Part shown: positions 19,834-31,500 of the stretch, piece after piece
Layout: every line of letters starts with the position of its first letter
Position numbering within the stretch: the first letter of the stretch is position 1
From: Eggerthellaceae bacterium
GTDB lineage: Bacteria > Fibrobacterota > Fibrobacteria > Fibrobacterales > Fibrobacteraceae
Length of the DNA: 64,000 nt
Direction: 5' to 3'
Assembly: GCA_963597395.1 (NCBI GenBank)
Contig: CAVBPX010000004.1
Location: 1,358 to 65,357 of the forward strand
Program-made: the position numbers and the translations under genes
The notes under the pieces: generated by a model
Databases searched by the model: none
What the model was told of the DNA's origin: nothing
The model's input: only the letters and a program-made list of their open reading frames with translations

Positions 19834-22230
19834 TTGAAAAAGACGTCACCTGATAAAGAAAATTTGCTGGAAGCGGTTGCCCTGGATTTGGCTCACGATT
19901 TTCCGCTTCTTCCGTTGCGCGATGCGCTTGTTACCCCCGGCTCTTCGTCGCGGATTCTCGTTGGACGCGACATTTCACAGAACGCGCTCCAGGCTTCGAG
20001 GGACTATCACGACCTGATTTTGCTCGCCTTGCAGCCCGATCCGGACAAGGAAGCGGTTTCGCTCGAGGATTTGCCCGCTGTCGGCGTACTTGCGCATGTG
20101 CAGACCGTGAGCGTGCTTCCGAACGGATGTTGGCGCGTTCTTCTCGAAGGCGTTGTCGTTGTCGATCTGATTTGCCCGGAAATGCATTCGGACCGAAAGT
20201 ATTTTACGGCCCACATTTCGCTTCGGCATTATGCCTCTTCCGTTGACGACGAACTTTCTGAAAAGATTGCCGGGGAAGGCGTTCGCCTTTTTGAACGCTA
20301 TGCGGAAATGCAGAACATTTCGCCGGATATTGTAAGTGACGTAAAGTCCAAGGTCGATCCGTTTTCGACATACATGGCGATGCTTCCGTTTATTCGGGTC
20401 GCTCCGGTGCAAAAGCAGAAGGCGCTCGAACAGGAAAACATCGATTTGCTTGGCCGCACAATCAACGCCTATCTGCAGGCCGCGCTCGAAGTGGAAAACG
20501 TTATAGACCACGTTCGGGACGATGTGCAGCAAAAAATGCAGCAGAACCAGAAGGAATGGTTTATCGGCGAACAGATTCGCATGCTGCAAAACGAAATCTC
20601 GGACGGCGAAGGCGACGAAATAGACAAGCTTGAACAGAAGGTCAAGGAAAAACATTTTTCCGCGGCCATCCAGGAAAAGCTCGACGAGGAATTCGGCAGA
20701 ATGCGGATGATGCAGCCCGCAAGCCCGGAGTACGCCGTTTCGCGCAACTACATCGACTGGTTCCTTTCGCTTCCGTATGGCGTCTATACCAATACGGATC
20801 TGGACCTCAAAAAGGTCAAAAAGAATTTGGACGCCAAGCATTTCGGGCTCGAAAAGGTCAAGGAACGGATTCTCGAATACGTCGCTGTGCTGAAGCAGAC
20901 CGGTGCGGAAAACAAGGCTCCGATTATTTGCCTCGTCGGTCCTCCGGGCGTCGGCAAAACGACCCTTGTCCGTTCGATAGCGGAATCTCTCGGCAGGAAT
21001 TTTGCCCGAGTGACGCTCGGCGGCGTGCAGGACGAGGCGGAAATCCGCGGACACCGGCGCACGTACATCGGATCGATGCCCGGACGTTTTATCCAGGCGC
21101 TGCGGCATGCAAAATGCATGAACCCGGTCATTCTGCTTGACGAAATCGACAAGATGGGAAACGACTATCGCGGAGACCCGGCGAGCGCCATGCTCGAAGT
21201 TCTCGACCCGGAACTCAATCCGGATTTTACCGACCATTTTATGGAAGTCGGCCTGGACTTTTCAAAGGTGCTTTTTATTGCGACGGCAAATTCCGAATCG
21301 ACGATTCCGGAACCTCTCGAAGACCGCATGGAAGTTGTCCGCCTGCCCGGATACTATCCGCACGAAAAGCTCTCAATTGCCAAGGAATATCTGATTCCGA
21401 AGGCCCTCAAAAATTGCGGGGTCTCCGACCCGTCCTCAATCGTTTTTGACGATGCTTCCATCCAAAAGATTTTGCGCGGCTATACGCGGGAAGCCGGCGT
21501 CCGCGAACTGGAACGCATGGTGGAAACGGTTATCCGGAAGCGCGTCAAGGAATGCCTGATGGGAAAGTCGGGAAAGCTTGCGCTCACGCCGAAGCTCGTC
21601 GAAAAATATCTGGGAGTCCCGCGCTTTTTGGACAACCGCCTGCCGCCCGCCGGTCGCTATGGCGTTATCACGGGCCTTGCCTGGACGTCTGTCGGCGGCG
21701 AAATCCTTTTGATTGAATCCAAGCTGCTTTCGGGGCGCGGACACTTGCTTTTAACCGGAAAGCTCGGCGACGTGATGAAGGAATCCGCCCAGATTGCCCT
21801 GAGCCTTGTGCGCGAAAGGCTCCAGCGTTTTGAAATCGACCCGGCCATTGTGCGGAAAACGGACATCCACATTCACGTTCCCGAAGGCGCCGTTCCTAAG
21901 GACGGTCCCTCGGCCGGTATCGCTCTCACGCTTTCGCTGCTTTCCGCCTTTACCCGCATCCCGGTTCCGCCCGATGTCGCGTTTACGGGCGAAGTGAGCC
22001 TTTCCGGCGACCTGCTTCCGATTGGAGGCCTAAACGAAAAGGCGCTCGCCGCTCTCGACGCGGGTGTCAAGACTCTTTACCTTCCGAAGCAAAACGAAAA
22101 GGACATTTCCGAGTTGCCGCTTCCGGCCAAGAAAGGCCTCAAGATTTTTACGATGGAACACATCGACGACCTAATTTCCGCCCTTTTCAAACAGCCGAAG
22201 AAAAAGGCACGGGCAAAAAAGAATGTCTGA
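19834..22230 (+). CDS. lon: endopeptidase La (Lon protease)
   Basis: 798 aa, TTG start; GPPGVGKT Walker A and the catalytic serine motif PKDGPSAG. Confidence 0.96.
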   Translation: MKKTSPDKENLLEAVALDLAHDFPLLPLRDALVTPGSSSRILVGRDISQNALQASRDYHDLILLALQPDPDKEAVSLEDLPAVGVLAHVQTVSVLPNGCWRVLLEGVVVVDLICPEMHSDRKYFTAHISLRHYASSVDDELSEKIAGEGVRLFERYAEMQNISPDIVSDVKSKVDPFSTYMAMLPFIRVAPVQKQKALEQENIDLLGRTINAYLQAALEVENVIDHVRDDVQQKMQQNQKEWFIGEQIRMLQNEISDGEGDEIDKLEQKVKEKHFSAAIQEKLDEEFGRMRMMQPASPEYAVSRNYIDWFLSLPYGVYTNTDLDLKKVKKNLDAKHFGLEKVKERILEYVAVLKQTGAENKAPIICLVGPPGVGKTTLVRSIAESLGRNFARVTLGGVQDEAEIRGHRRTYIGSMPGRFIQALRHAKCMNPVILLDEIDKMGNDYRGDPASAMLEVLDPELNPDFTDHFMEVGLDFSKVLFIATANSESTIPEPLEDRMEVVRLPGYYPHEKLSIAKEYLIPKALKNCGVSDPSSIVFDDASIQKILRGYTREAGVRELERMVETVIRKRVKECLMGKSGKLALTPKLVEKYLGVPRFLDNRLPPAGRYGVITGLAWTSVGGEILLIESKLLSGRGHLLLTGKLGDVMKESAQIALSLVRERLQRFEIDPAIVRKTDIHIHVPEGAVPKDGPSAGIALTLSLLSAFTRIPVPPDVAFTGEVSLSGDLLPIGGLNEKALAALDAGVKTLYLPKQNEKDISELPLPAKKGLKIFTMEHIDDLISALFKQPKKKARAKKNV

Positions 22231-22936
22231 ATTTTCGCTTGAGGAAATGCGCTCGGCGTACGAAAAGCTCGAATTGCGGATAGCGAACGTTTGCGCACAA
22301 AGTAATCGTCCGAGGGAAAGCGTTCGCCTCGTGTGGGTCTCGAAGTTTCACCCGATGGAATCCGTCGAAAAGGCGCTTCTTTTGGGGGCGAAGGACTTTG
22401 GCGAAAATCGTGTACAGGAAGCGGTCGAAAAGTTTAGCGTCAAACGTCCGGGCGTGCGTTGCCACATTATTGGCCCGGTGCAGTCTAACAAGCTGAAAAA
22501 GGCGGCACTCGTCGCGGACTGCATCCATTCCGTTGCAAGCATCGAGGCGGTCGAAAAACTGGAAAAGGTCTGCGCCGAGGCGAACAAAACCCTTGACATC
22601 CTTTTTCAGGTAAATGCCGGCGAGGAAGAAACCAAAAGCGGCCTGGATGTTCGCGAAGCGGAAGCCTTTTTGCTTGCGCTCGAAAAACATTCCCCGTGTG
22701 ACCATCTCCGTTTTCGCGGGCTGATGACCATTGGAAAAAACACGGGCATTGCGGAAGATTCCCGCGAATGCTTTGCCTTTTTGCGGAACCTTCAGCAAAA
22801 ATTCCTTTTCCGCGGCGGAGTTTTCCAAAATTTTGATCAGCTTTCGATGGGAATGACCGGGGATTTGGAAGTTGCCATCGAGGAAGGCGCCACGATGATT
22901 CGCGTGGGAACGGCGCTTTTTGGCGTGCGGAACTAA
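22223..22936 (+). CDS. yggS: YggS-family pyridoxal-phosphate-binding protein
   Basis: 237 aa; ...WVSKFHP...GAKDFGENRVQEA...LSMGMTGDLEVAIEEGATMIRVGTALFG. Overlaps the lon stop by 8 nt. Confidence 0.88.
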   Translation: MSEFSLEEMRSAYEKLELRIANVCAQSNRPRESVRLVWVSKFHPMESVEKALLLGAKDFGENRVQEAVEKFSVKRPGVRCHIIGPVQSNKLKKAALVADCIHSVASIEAVEKLEKVCAEANKTLDILFQVNAGEEETKSGLDVREAEAFLLALEKHSPCDHLRFRGLMTIGKNTGIAEDSRECFAFLRNLQQKFLFRGGVFQNFDQLSMGMTGDLEVAIEEGATMIRVGTALFGVRN

Positions 22937-22955
22937 AATTCTTTTCTATTATTAA

Positions 22956-24305
<1,350 letters not shown>

Positions 24306-24322
24306 ACCAAACAAGGGAGCTT

Positions 24323-25036
24323 ATGGCGGAAGAAAACATTGTCCAACTTCTTAAAGGCGTCGATCTTTTTTCGGAACTGACCGAGGATCAGCTAAGTCAG
24401 CTGGCTTCGCTGGTCGTTGTGAACGAGTTCGCCCGCGACGAAACCATCATTCTGGAAAACGACGAGTCCTCCAGTGCGCTTTTCCTTATCGCCGACGGCG
24501 AGGTGAAGGTCTATGTGACGGGGACGGACGGGAAGGAGACGATTCTTTCCCTGATGTCGCGCGGGGATTCCTTCGGCGAAATGTCCCTGATTGACGGCGA
24601 CCCGCGGTCCGCTTCGGTCAAGGCCGTTTTGCCGACAAAGGTTCTGGTTATTCACCGCGAGCATTTTTTGGAACTTCTCCGGACGACGCCGGAGCTTGCG
24701 ACGGGACTGCTCGTGCAGATGAGCCGGCGCCTTCGAAACGCAAACAGGCAGATAGGGTCGCTTGCGACCATGTCCGTTTATGGGCGCGTCGCCGGGACAA
24801 TTCTTAGCCTCGTGGAAGACCGCGGCGTTCGCATCCACGGAAAGAACGGCGAGATGGTGACGGTCATCCGCAACAGGCCGACGCAGCAGCAGTTTGCCGA
24901 AATGTCGGGGACGACCCGCGAGACGGTGAGCCGCGTCTTTTCGATGCTTTCGCGGAGCGGTTCCATTTCGCTGATGGGAAAGGATCTCGTGATTTCGGAA
25001 GAGAGCAAGCTGCACGAGATGAATTCAAAGCTTTAA
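24323..25036 (+). CDS. Crp/Fnr-family transcriptional regulator (cNMP-binding + HTH)
   Basis: The ORF track extends to 24050 inside purA. In-frame ATG 24323 lies after AGGGAG. FGEMSLIDGDPRSASVKA (cNMP fold) and TRETVSRVFSMLSRSGSI (HTH). Confidence 0.88.
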   Translation: MAEENIVQLLKGVDLFSELTEDQLSQLASLVVVNEFARDETIILENDESSSALFLIADGEVKVYVTGTDGKETILSLMSRGDSFGEMSLIDGDPRSASVKAVLPTKVLVIHREHFLELLRTTPELATGLLVQMSRRLRNANRQIGSLATMSVYGRVAGTILSLVEDRGVRIHGKNGEMVTVIRNRPTQQQFAEMSGTTRETVSRVFSMLSRSGSISLMGKDLVISEESKLHEMNSKL

Positions 25037-25046
25037 GAGGTTCGCG

Positions 25047-25802
25047 TTGGGCAAGGAAAATTTTATTCATCGGATTCTTTCGTCAAAGCCGTGGCTGTAT
25101 GCGCTTTGCCTGCTTGTGGTCTTTCTCGTCGTGTGCGCCTTTGTCTTTGACAAGGCGGTGATGCCGATTGTTGCGCGGGAAGGAGTCTCTGAAAGGACGG
25201 TTCCGCATTTGGAAGGCCTTGACAGCGCCTCGGCTGTGGCGCTTGCGAAGGATTCGGGATTTAACGTCGCCTTTGCAAGCGAGCGGGAATACAGCGACGC
25301 GTATGATCTGGGACTTGTGATGCGGCAGAATCCGACACCGGGGCGAAGCTCAAAGCCCGGTCGCACCATTCGTCTGACCGTTTCGGACGGACTTCACCAG
25401 TTTACCGTGCCCGATCTTTTTGACAAGAACGGCGAGGAGGCGGCGCGGGCCATCGAGAAGGCCGAACTTTTTGTGGGGCTTACGTTCCGGATGCCGCACC
25501 CGAACCTTTCGAAGGGAAAGGTCGTTCGGACGAATCCGTCTGAAGGTTCGCTTGTGCACAAGGGCGATACCGTCGATATTTTTCTTTCTTCGGGCCCAAA
25601 CGGTTCAAAGGTCGAGCTTCCGAGCGTAACCGGTCTCTCGGAATCGGACGCTCTTTTAAAGCTGCGAACGTCGGGATTTCTCCTCGGAAAGACGTCCCGT
25701 CAAAAAGGCGCGGGCCCCGCGGACGTAATCCTTTCGCAGGATCCGGCGGCCGGTACGTCTCTTTCGGCCGGAACAAAAATCAATCTGGTCGTTTCGGAAT
25801 AA
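25047..25802 (+). CDS. membrane-anchored protein with three PASTA domains and no kinase or PBP module
   Basis: 251 aa, TTG start after AAGAGG, one TM (PWLYALCLLVVFLVVCAFVF). Followed by three ~65-aa repeats each ending ...G(R/D)T(I/V)...(V/L)S.G. Confidence 0.75.
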   Translation: MGKENFIHRILSSKPWLYALCLLVVFLVVCAFVFDKAVMPIVAREGVSERTVPHLEGLDSASAVALAKDSGFNVAFASEREYSDAYDLGLVMRQNPTPGRSSKPGRTIRLTVSDGLHQFTVPDLFDKNGEEAARAIEKAELFVGLTFRMPHPNLSKGKVVRTNPSEGSLVHKGDTVDIFLSSGPNGSKVELPSVTGLSESDALLKLRTSGFLLGKTSRQKGAGPADVILSQDPAAGTSLSAGTKINLVVSE

Positions 25803-25812
25803 GAGGTTCCCG

Positions 25813-27741
25813 ATGCGGTTTTTGTACGTCATCCTTTTTGTGCTTTTGTGCGGACTTGTCGCCTGCAGCGGCCCGAAACAGCTCGCTTCGCCTTCCGCCG
25901 AAGTCAAGTCGGATTCGACGGCGAAGCCCCTTGCCCGGAACGCCTACCCGCCGATGATCGACAGCGCACAGCTCTTGCGGCTCGAAATTGCGCACGGATC
26001 CTTTTTGCGCGCTCTCGCGCTTGAAAATGCGGGCGAGTTCGAAATGGCGGAAGAGTTTATGCGGCACGCCTACGACGCGGACCCTGAAAACCGCTACCTG
26101 GCGTTTTCGCTCCTGGAACTGATGTCGCGCCGCGGCGCCGAAACGTCCGAAGACGCACTAAAGCTCGTAGAAAGGGCAAAGTCGCTCAAGGGCAAGCGGA
26201 CTAGCAGCCAGTATGCGCTCCTCGGAAAAATCTACAGCGAAATGTCGCTTCTCGACAGTGCGCTTCTCTACTACAAAAAGGCGGTGGAGGCGAGCGATCA
26301 GAACCTGTATGCCGCCTACGAATATTCCCGGCTGCTTGAAGTGACGCACAATACGGAAGAGCTGATTCGTGTTTACGGTGCGCTGCTTCCGCAACTTTCG
26401 TATCCGCCGTCCATGCTCGAACGCCAGGTTTCGCTGCTCGCGGAGACGAAAAACGATTCGGTTCTCGCCGATCTTTTGGGCGATGTTTACGAGGCCCGCG
26501 GCGACCGCGTCTTTTTGGAAAACCGCATCCGTTTGCTTTTTGGAATGAAGCGCTTTGAAGAGGCTCTTCTTGCAATAGACGAGTTTCGGGCGGATTCCGC
26601 CTACACGGACGATTCGCTTTCGGTAACGCTTTTGACCGCAGCCTATTTCGGACTGAAAAAGGATTCCGTCGCATTGGATTCCCTGAAGGAAATCTACAAG
26701 CGGCATTTGGACCGGGGCGATGTGCTGATGAATCTCGCGCTGACGGAAATACGGCTCGGGAAGAAGGAACAGGCGAAGGTTCACATGGAGCGCCTTGCGC
26801 AAATGGAAAAGTATGCGGCGTCGGCTTTGGGAATGCTGAGCTCCTTTGCCTTGGAAGCGGGCGATTCGACCAAAAGCCTCGAATATTTGGAAAAGGCTTA
26901 CGCCAAGGATACTGCCGCGTATCAAAACACGCTGATTTCGTACTACTCTTTTTTCAATCGCTACGAAAAGGCGTACAAGGTGCTGGACAAGGCCTTGGAA
27001 CCGGATCCGGATGTAGAGCTGTTGCGCGAAAAGGCGGAAGAGTCCGGAAACTTGGGACTTCTTCGGCAGTTCAATGCGCAGGTGGCGCGGACCGTCGCGA
27101 ATTTCCACATCCAATACGGGGATATTTTGCAGTCGCATGCGGCAACGCTCGAGACGCCCTCGGCGACAAAGGCCCGGGCGGATTCGGCGCGGGACCTCCG
27201 TCAAAAGGCGAGCGGGCATTATCGCGAAGCAATCCGCATTGGCGGCACGGCACAGGCGCTTCTTTTTGCTTACGGGGCAAACTTTTTGGTGCTTGGGGAG
27301 GTCGATTCTTCCATCACCGTTTTCAAAAAGCTTTTTCAGGACTTCCCGGATGATGTGACCGCCAAAAATCATCTGGGATATTCCCTTGTCGATTTGAACC
27401 GGTCCGCGGAAGAGGTCAAATGGGGAACCTCCCTCATCGACGAGGCGCTTGCCATGGAGCCGAACGAGCTGGCGTTTAAGGATTCCAAGGCCTGGGCGCT
27501 TTATCGCGCGGGAAAATTCCGCGAAGCTCTTTCGCTTATGGAAGAAGTCGAATCGAAGCAGGATTCCTTCCCGGAAATGTTCTCGCAGGATACGTCGATT
27601 TTTGCCCATCTCGCCGCCATTTGTGAAGCGCTTTCCCTCAACGAACGCGCCATCGGATACTATCAAAAGGTTTTGAACATTGATCCGCAAAACGCCAACG
27701 CCAAAAAGCGGATCGAGGCTTTGAAGGGCAAGGACGAATAG
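25813..27741 (+). CDS. tetratricopeptide-repeat lipoprotein
   Basis: 642 aa; lipobox LLCGLVAC, with repeated A..Y..AL/P TPR-like helices throughout. Confidence 0.8.
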   Translation: MRFLYVILFVLLCGLVACSGPKQLASPSAEVKSDSTAKPLARNAYPPMIDSAQLLRLEIAHGSFLRALALENAGEFEMAEEFMRHAYDADPENRYLAFSLLELMSRRGAETSEDALKLVERAKSLKGKRTSSQYALLGKIYSEMSLLDSALLYYKKAVEASDQNLYAAYEYSRLLEVTHNTEELIRVYGALLPQLSYPPSMLERQVSLLAETKNDSVLADLLGDVYEARGDRVFLENRIRLLFGMKRFEEALLAIDEFRADSAYTDDSLSVTLLTAAYFGLKKDSVALDSLKEIYKRHLDRGDVLMNLALTEIRLGKKEQAKVHMERLAQMEKYAASALGMLSSFALEAGDSTKSLEYLEKAYAKDTAAYQNTLISYYSFFNRYEKAYKVLDKALEPDPDVELLREKAEESGNLGLLRQFNAQVARTVANFHIQYGDILQSHAATLETPSATKARADSARDLRQKASGHYREAIRIGGTAQALLFAYGANFLVLGEVDSSITVFKKLFQDFPDDVTAKNHLGYSLVDLNRSAEEVKWGTSLIDEALAMEPNELAFKDSKAWALYRAGKFREALSLMEEVESKQDSFPEMFSQDTSIFAHLAAICEALSLNERAIGYYQKVLNIDPQNANAKKRIEALKGKDE

Positions 27742-27759
27742 CGTTTCGGAAAACGGCCC

Positions 27760-28491
27760 ATGCGAAGCTCTGTTTGGAAAATCCTTTTCTTTTTCGCAGC
27801 GGTGTTTCTTTTTACGGGATGCGGTCCGAAGCTCGTCAAGGGACCGGCGGAGACCTTGAGTGTCTCCGTTCCCGACAGTCTCAAGGCGAAGTTCTCGATA
27901 GAAACTCTGGATTCCTTGGAAGGTTCGCACAAACTTTCGGCCGTGCTTTTTGCCGTCCCCTACAAACGTTACCGCCTTGAAATTTCGGGCCCGATGGGGC
28001 TCGGCATCGCTTCGCTTCTTTGGCATGACGGCGAATGGACTCTTTTGCTTCCGACCCAAAAGGCGTATGCGTCGGGCAAGGGTTATCTCGTCGGCGGCTA
28101 CGCGGGAATTCCCCGGTTTGACATTCACCAGATTGCGGCGCTTTTTTGGGGGGAATTTCTTCCGCGGAATGCGACTGTCGATTCGGTAAAAACGGAAAAC
28201 GGCCCGGATTCTTCCAAGGTCGTTTTGACTTTCGGAAAGAATGCGCTCGGCATTTCATTTCGGATGGAAAACGGCCCGGACGGCCACGTGCGGGAACTTT
28301 TGCAGGGCGGCGAAAGACTTGAATTTTCAAGTGCCGCGGAGTTTGACGTCGGAGTGCTTCCGTCCGAAGTGCGCGCCTTTCGAAACGGGAAAAACGTCCT
28401 GAACATCCGAATCAAAAACGTCCGGTCGGATGCCTCGTTTGGCGGCGGAACGTGGAGGCTTTCCGTTCCCGAGCGATACCAAAGGCTGTGA
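27760..28491 (+). CDS. small lipoprotein, possibly LolB-like/DUF4292-like
   Basis: 243 aa; lipobox FLFTGC. Beta-rich composition. A TPR-gene neighbour is recalled from FCB genomes. Family assignment is tentative. Confidence 0.4.
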   Translation: MRSSVWKILFFFAAVFLFTGCGPKLVKGPAETLSVSVPDSLKAKFSIETLDSLEGSHKLSAVLFAVPYKRYRLEISGPMGLGIASLLWHDGEWTLLLPTQKAYASGKGYLVGGYAGIPRFDIHQIAALFWGEFLPRNATVDSVKTENGPDSSKVVLTFGKNALGISFRMENGPDGHVRELLQGGERLEFSSAAEFDVGVLPSEVRAFRNGKNVLNIRIKNVRSDASFGGGTWRLSVPERYQRL

Positions 28492-28528
28492 GCGAATTTC
28501 CGCTCCGATGATTTTGTAATTTTGAATC

Positions 28529-31500
28529 ATGATACGCCTTTTGATCCTTGCCACACTCGTATTCTGTGCGACGGCGTCCGCGGTCGATACGCTCGAAATT
28601 TTTGCGCTGCGGGTTCAGTTCAAGCAGGAGTCTCCGGACAATTCCCTGACGACGGGAACGGGCCGATTTGATTCCGACAGTGACACTTCGAGCGCAAACT
28701 ACAGTCTCGATCCGAGCGGCCACCGGGCAAGCGCAGCCTATTGGCAAAAACATTTTGATTTTGTGAACGCCTATTACAGATCGGTGAGCGGCGGAAATCT
28801 CGTGATTCGGGCGAGAATCTTTCCGAGCGGGGAACCCTATACGCTCGATCATTACATTATCGACTACAACCGGACGGCCAAGCGCAAGGGCGAAAAAACG
28901 GCGGAGTTTGACGAGGCCCGCAGCCGCGACTACATGAACTTTATTTGGGACGCGGTGACGCTTGCCAACCAGTCGAAGGATACGCTCGACAATCCGTTCC
29001 GCGTTCCGCAGCCGACGTCCCCGAATACACGGCGCGCCTACATGATTATCCACGCCGGAGCGAGCCGTCTCCTTGACGGCGGCAGCATGGGAACGAAGAA
29101 CGCGAATACCCAGGGTGACTTTATGGACGTCTATGTGGTTCGGGATTACTGGGCCTATCTTGATTCCGCGGACACGACGCGGAAGGTCTCCGGGGATTTA
29201 AACGGGATGGTGCTTCCCGGTGCGACGCTCGACACGCTCAAAACAATCATGGTGACGAGCGAGACGGCTTCGCAGGACGGACTCAACTGGGGCATCAACG
29301 GAATTCTTGTAAACCAGATCGGCCGCGAACTCGGAATGCCCAATACGTATGACGTCGTAAAGGGAATTTCCAGACTGGGATATTTTGACGTGATGGACTT
29401 TGCGGGCTACAATGCCGGCAACGGATTTTTCCCCGTGCTGCCGTCGGCCTGGGTGCGTTCCTACATGGGATGGGCCAACGTGGAAACCGTCTATCCGCCG
29501 AAATCGGGAACGGTGACGCGGAATCTTTTTACGGCGGGTTCCGGGAACGGTTCCGAAATTTTAAAGGTTCCCCTGTCGGCAAATGAATATCTTCTGGTCG
29601 AAAACCGGGAGCGTTCGGCGGGCGACTCGGCGAAGATTGCCGTCTCGTATGTGCCCGCGTCCGACGTGGCTGCCGAAAAGGATTACGAAGTTCTCACCAA
29701 GGTGTATCCGGTCGATAGCCTTTTTGTCGCCTTCGAGGATTCCCTTTGCGATTCGGTCGGAAAGTGCAAAAAGAACCGGAACAAGCTGGGAGGCATCATC
29801 GTGGATGTTTCTTCGTTTGACGCGGGACTTCCGTCGAGCGGAATTGCCGTGTGGAAGGTCAATGACTGGTATTTGCGCGAGGCGCTTCCGTATGGCGTCA
29901 CAAATTTCTGGGGCGGCGATACGGTTCGGGACCATCAGTTTGGAATTATGCTTGCCGAAGCGGACGGGATTCTTTCCATCGGCAAGACGTTCAAGAATTC
30001 GCTCGGCGAGGACGCTTACGATTACGGCTCCGGGTCTGACCTGATTCCGCATGTGCGCAAGGGGAAAAATTCCCCGAAGGATACGGTCTGGTCCATTCGG
30101 TCTTCGGGCTACGGCAACACGGGAACGACTTCGGGCGGCTATACGGGAATTTCCGTTTCGGCGAAAAAGGCGAAGAACGCTCACGTGGAAAAAACTTCGA
30201 ATTCCTTTATGGGCGATAGCGTCGTCAACTTTGCCGCATCCTCGATCTCCGTACAGATTTCCTGGGAATCCAATACGCTTTCCGGTTCGAGCTTTCCGAA
30301 AAATGTCGGGCTTGAATCCGCCCTGCGCGGCGCGGTCGTTTTGGACTACCCCGAGGGAATGTCTGTCGGAAGCGGCGAAAAGCTGATTGTTTTTGCGGCC
30401 GCGGACGGAACCTTGCAGGCGATGGATGCGCTCGGAAATCCGCTGACGGAAAGCGATACGACGGTTCTCCGGAAAACACTTTCGAACAAGGACTCGGCGG
30501 ATACGGTGTCGCTTTTTAGGCTCGGAAATTCCTACGGCGAACTTCTCGGAATGGCTTCCGTCGGCGACACCGTCTTTACGCTGCACCGCCAAAGCGGCCT
30601 TGCCCGGACCGTTCTCGCGTCCGACATTGACCAGCTCCGCTTTGACAGGATGCTCGAGCCTCTTAAATCCGCGACCTTGGGCCCGATGGTCGTAAACGGT
30701 TCCGTCTTTGTCGCGGACGAAAACGCTCTTTACCGCTACCGGACTTCGGATCTTTCCAAGCGGAAAACCTTTGCCCTGCCCGAAAATTTTGAGCCGCACG
30801 ATATGGCGCTTTGCCCCGACGGAGAATCCGAAAATGTTGCGCTCGTCGGAAAGAATGCGGGTCTTGCGCTTTACCGGGCCTCCGAAGGCCGCGTCCAAAA
30901 ACTTTCCACTCCGCGTACCCGGAACAAGAACCTGGTCCCGGTCGGAAAACAGACGTTCCGGATAGCATGCTCGGACTTTGACCGCGACGAAAATTCCGAA
31001 ATGTTTGTCCTCGGAAGTCGCGGGTATGCGGCGATGGTCCGGGCGGACGATTCGGCAACGGTCGTTTTTTCTCCGCGGTCATTTAAGCGCGGGAGCGACG
31101 GAACTTCCGACTTTTACGACGAAACTTCGCCGATTGCGGTTGCGGACGTAAACGGCGACGGCTACCCGGATGCCGTGTTCCTCGGATACAACCTTCTGTA
31201 TGCCGTCGATCGCTCGGGCGTCGTCCTTTCCGGGTTCCCGGCGACGATTACCAAGAATTTGCCGGAATACGCCTTTTACTCGGACCCGCTGATTGTCAAT
31301 GTGACGGGCGACAGCCTTCCCGAAATTCTCGTCGGAACGAACGGCGGGCTTTTGATGGCGTTCCGCTCGAACGGAAAGCCTCTCACGACCGCGGACGGAT
31401 TTCCGCTTTCCGCCGGCTCCTTTGAATACGGCGATACGGTCGCCCCGATGTCGTTCCTTGTCGAAAAGGCCATCGATTCGCTTTCGGGTTTGCAGGTTTA

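Noticed and set aside
25797-25812. TAAGAGGTTCCC resembling the GGTTCCC end of the dispersed element. A similar TAAGAGGTTCGCG is at 25031.
   Set aside because: It lacks the second conserved box and sits 6-8 nt before start codons. It is more simply a Shine-Dalgarno (AAGAGG) context.
26158-28128. 656-aa minus-strand ORF opposite the TPR lipoprotein gene.
   Set aside because: Shadow ORF. The + strand product has a clean lipobox and TPR periodicity, whereas the antisense product is R/L/F-rich with no motifs.
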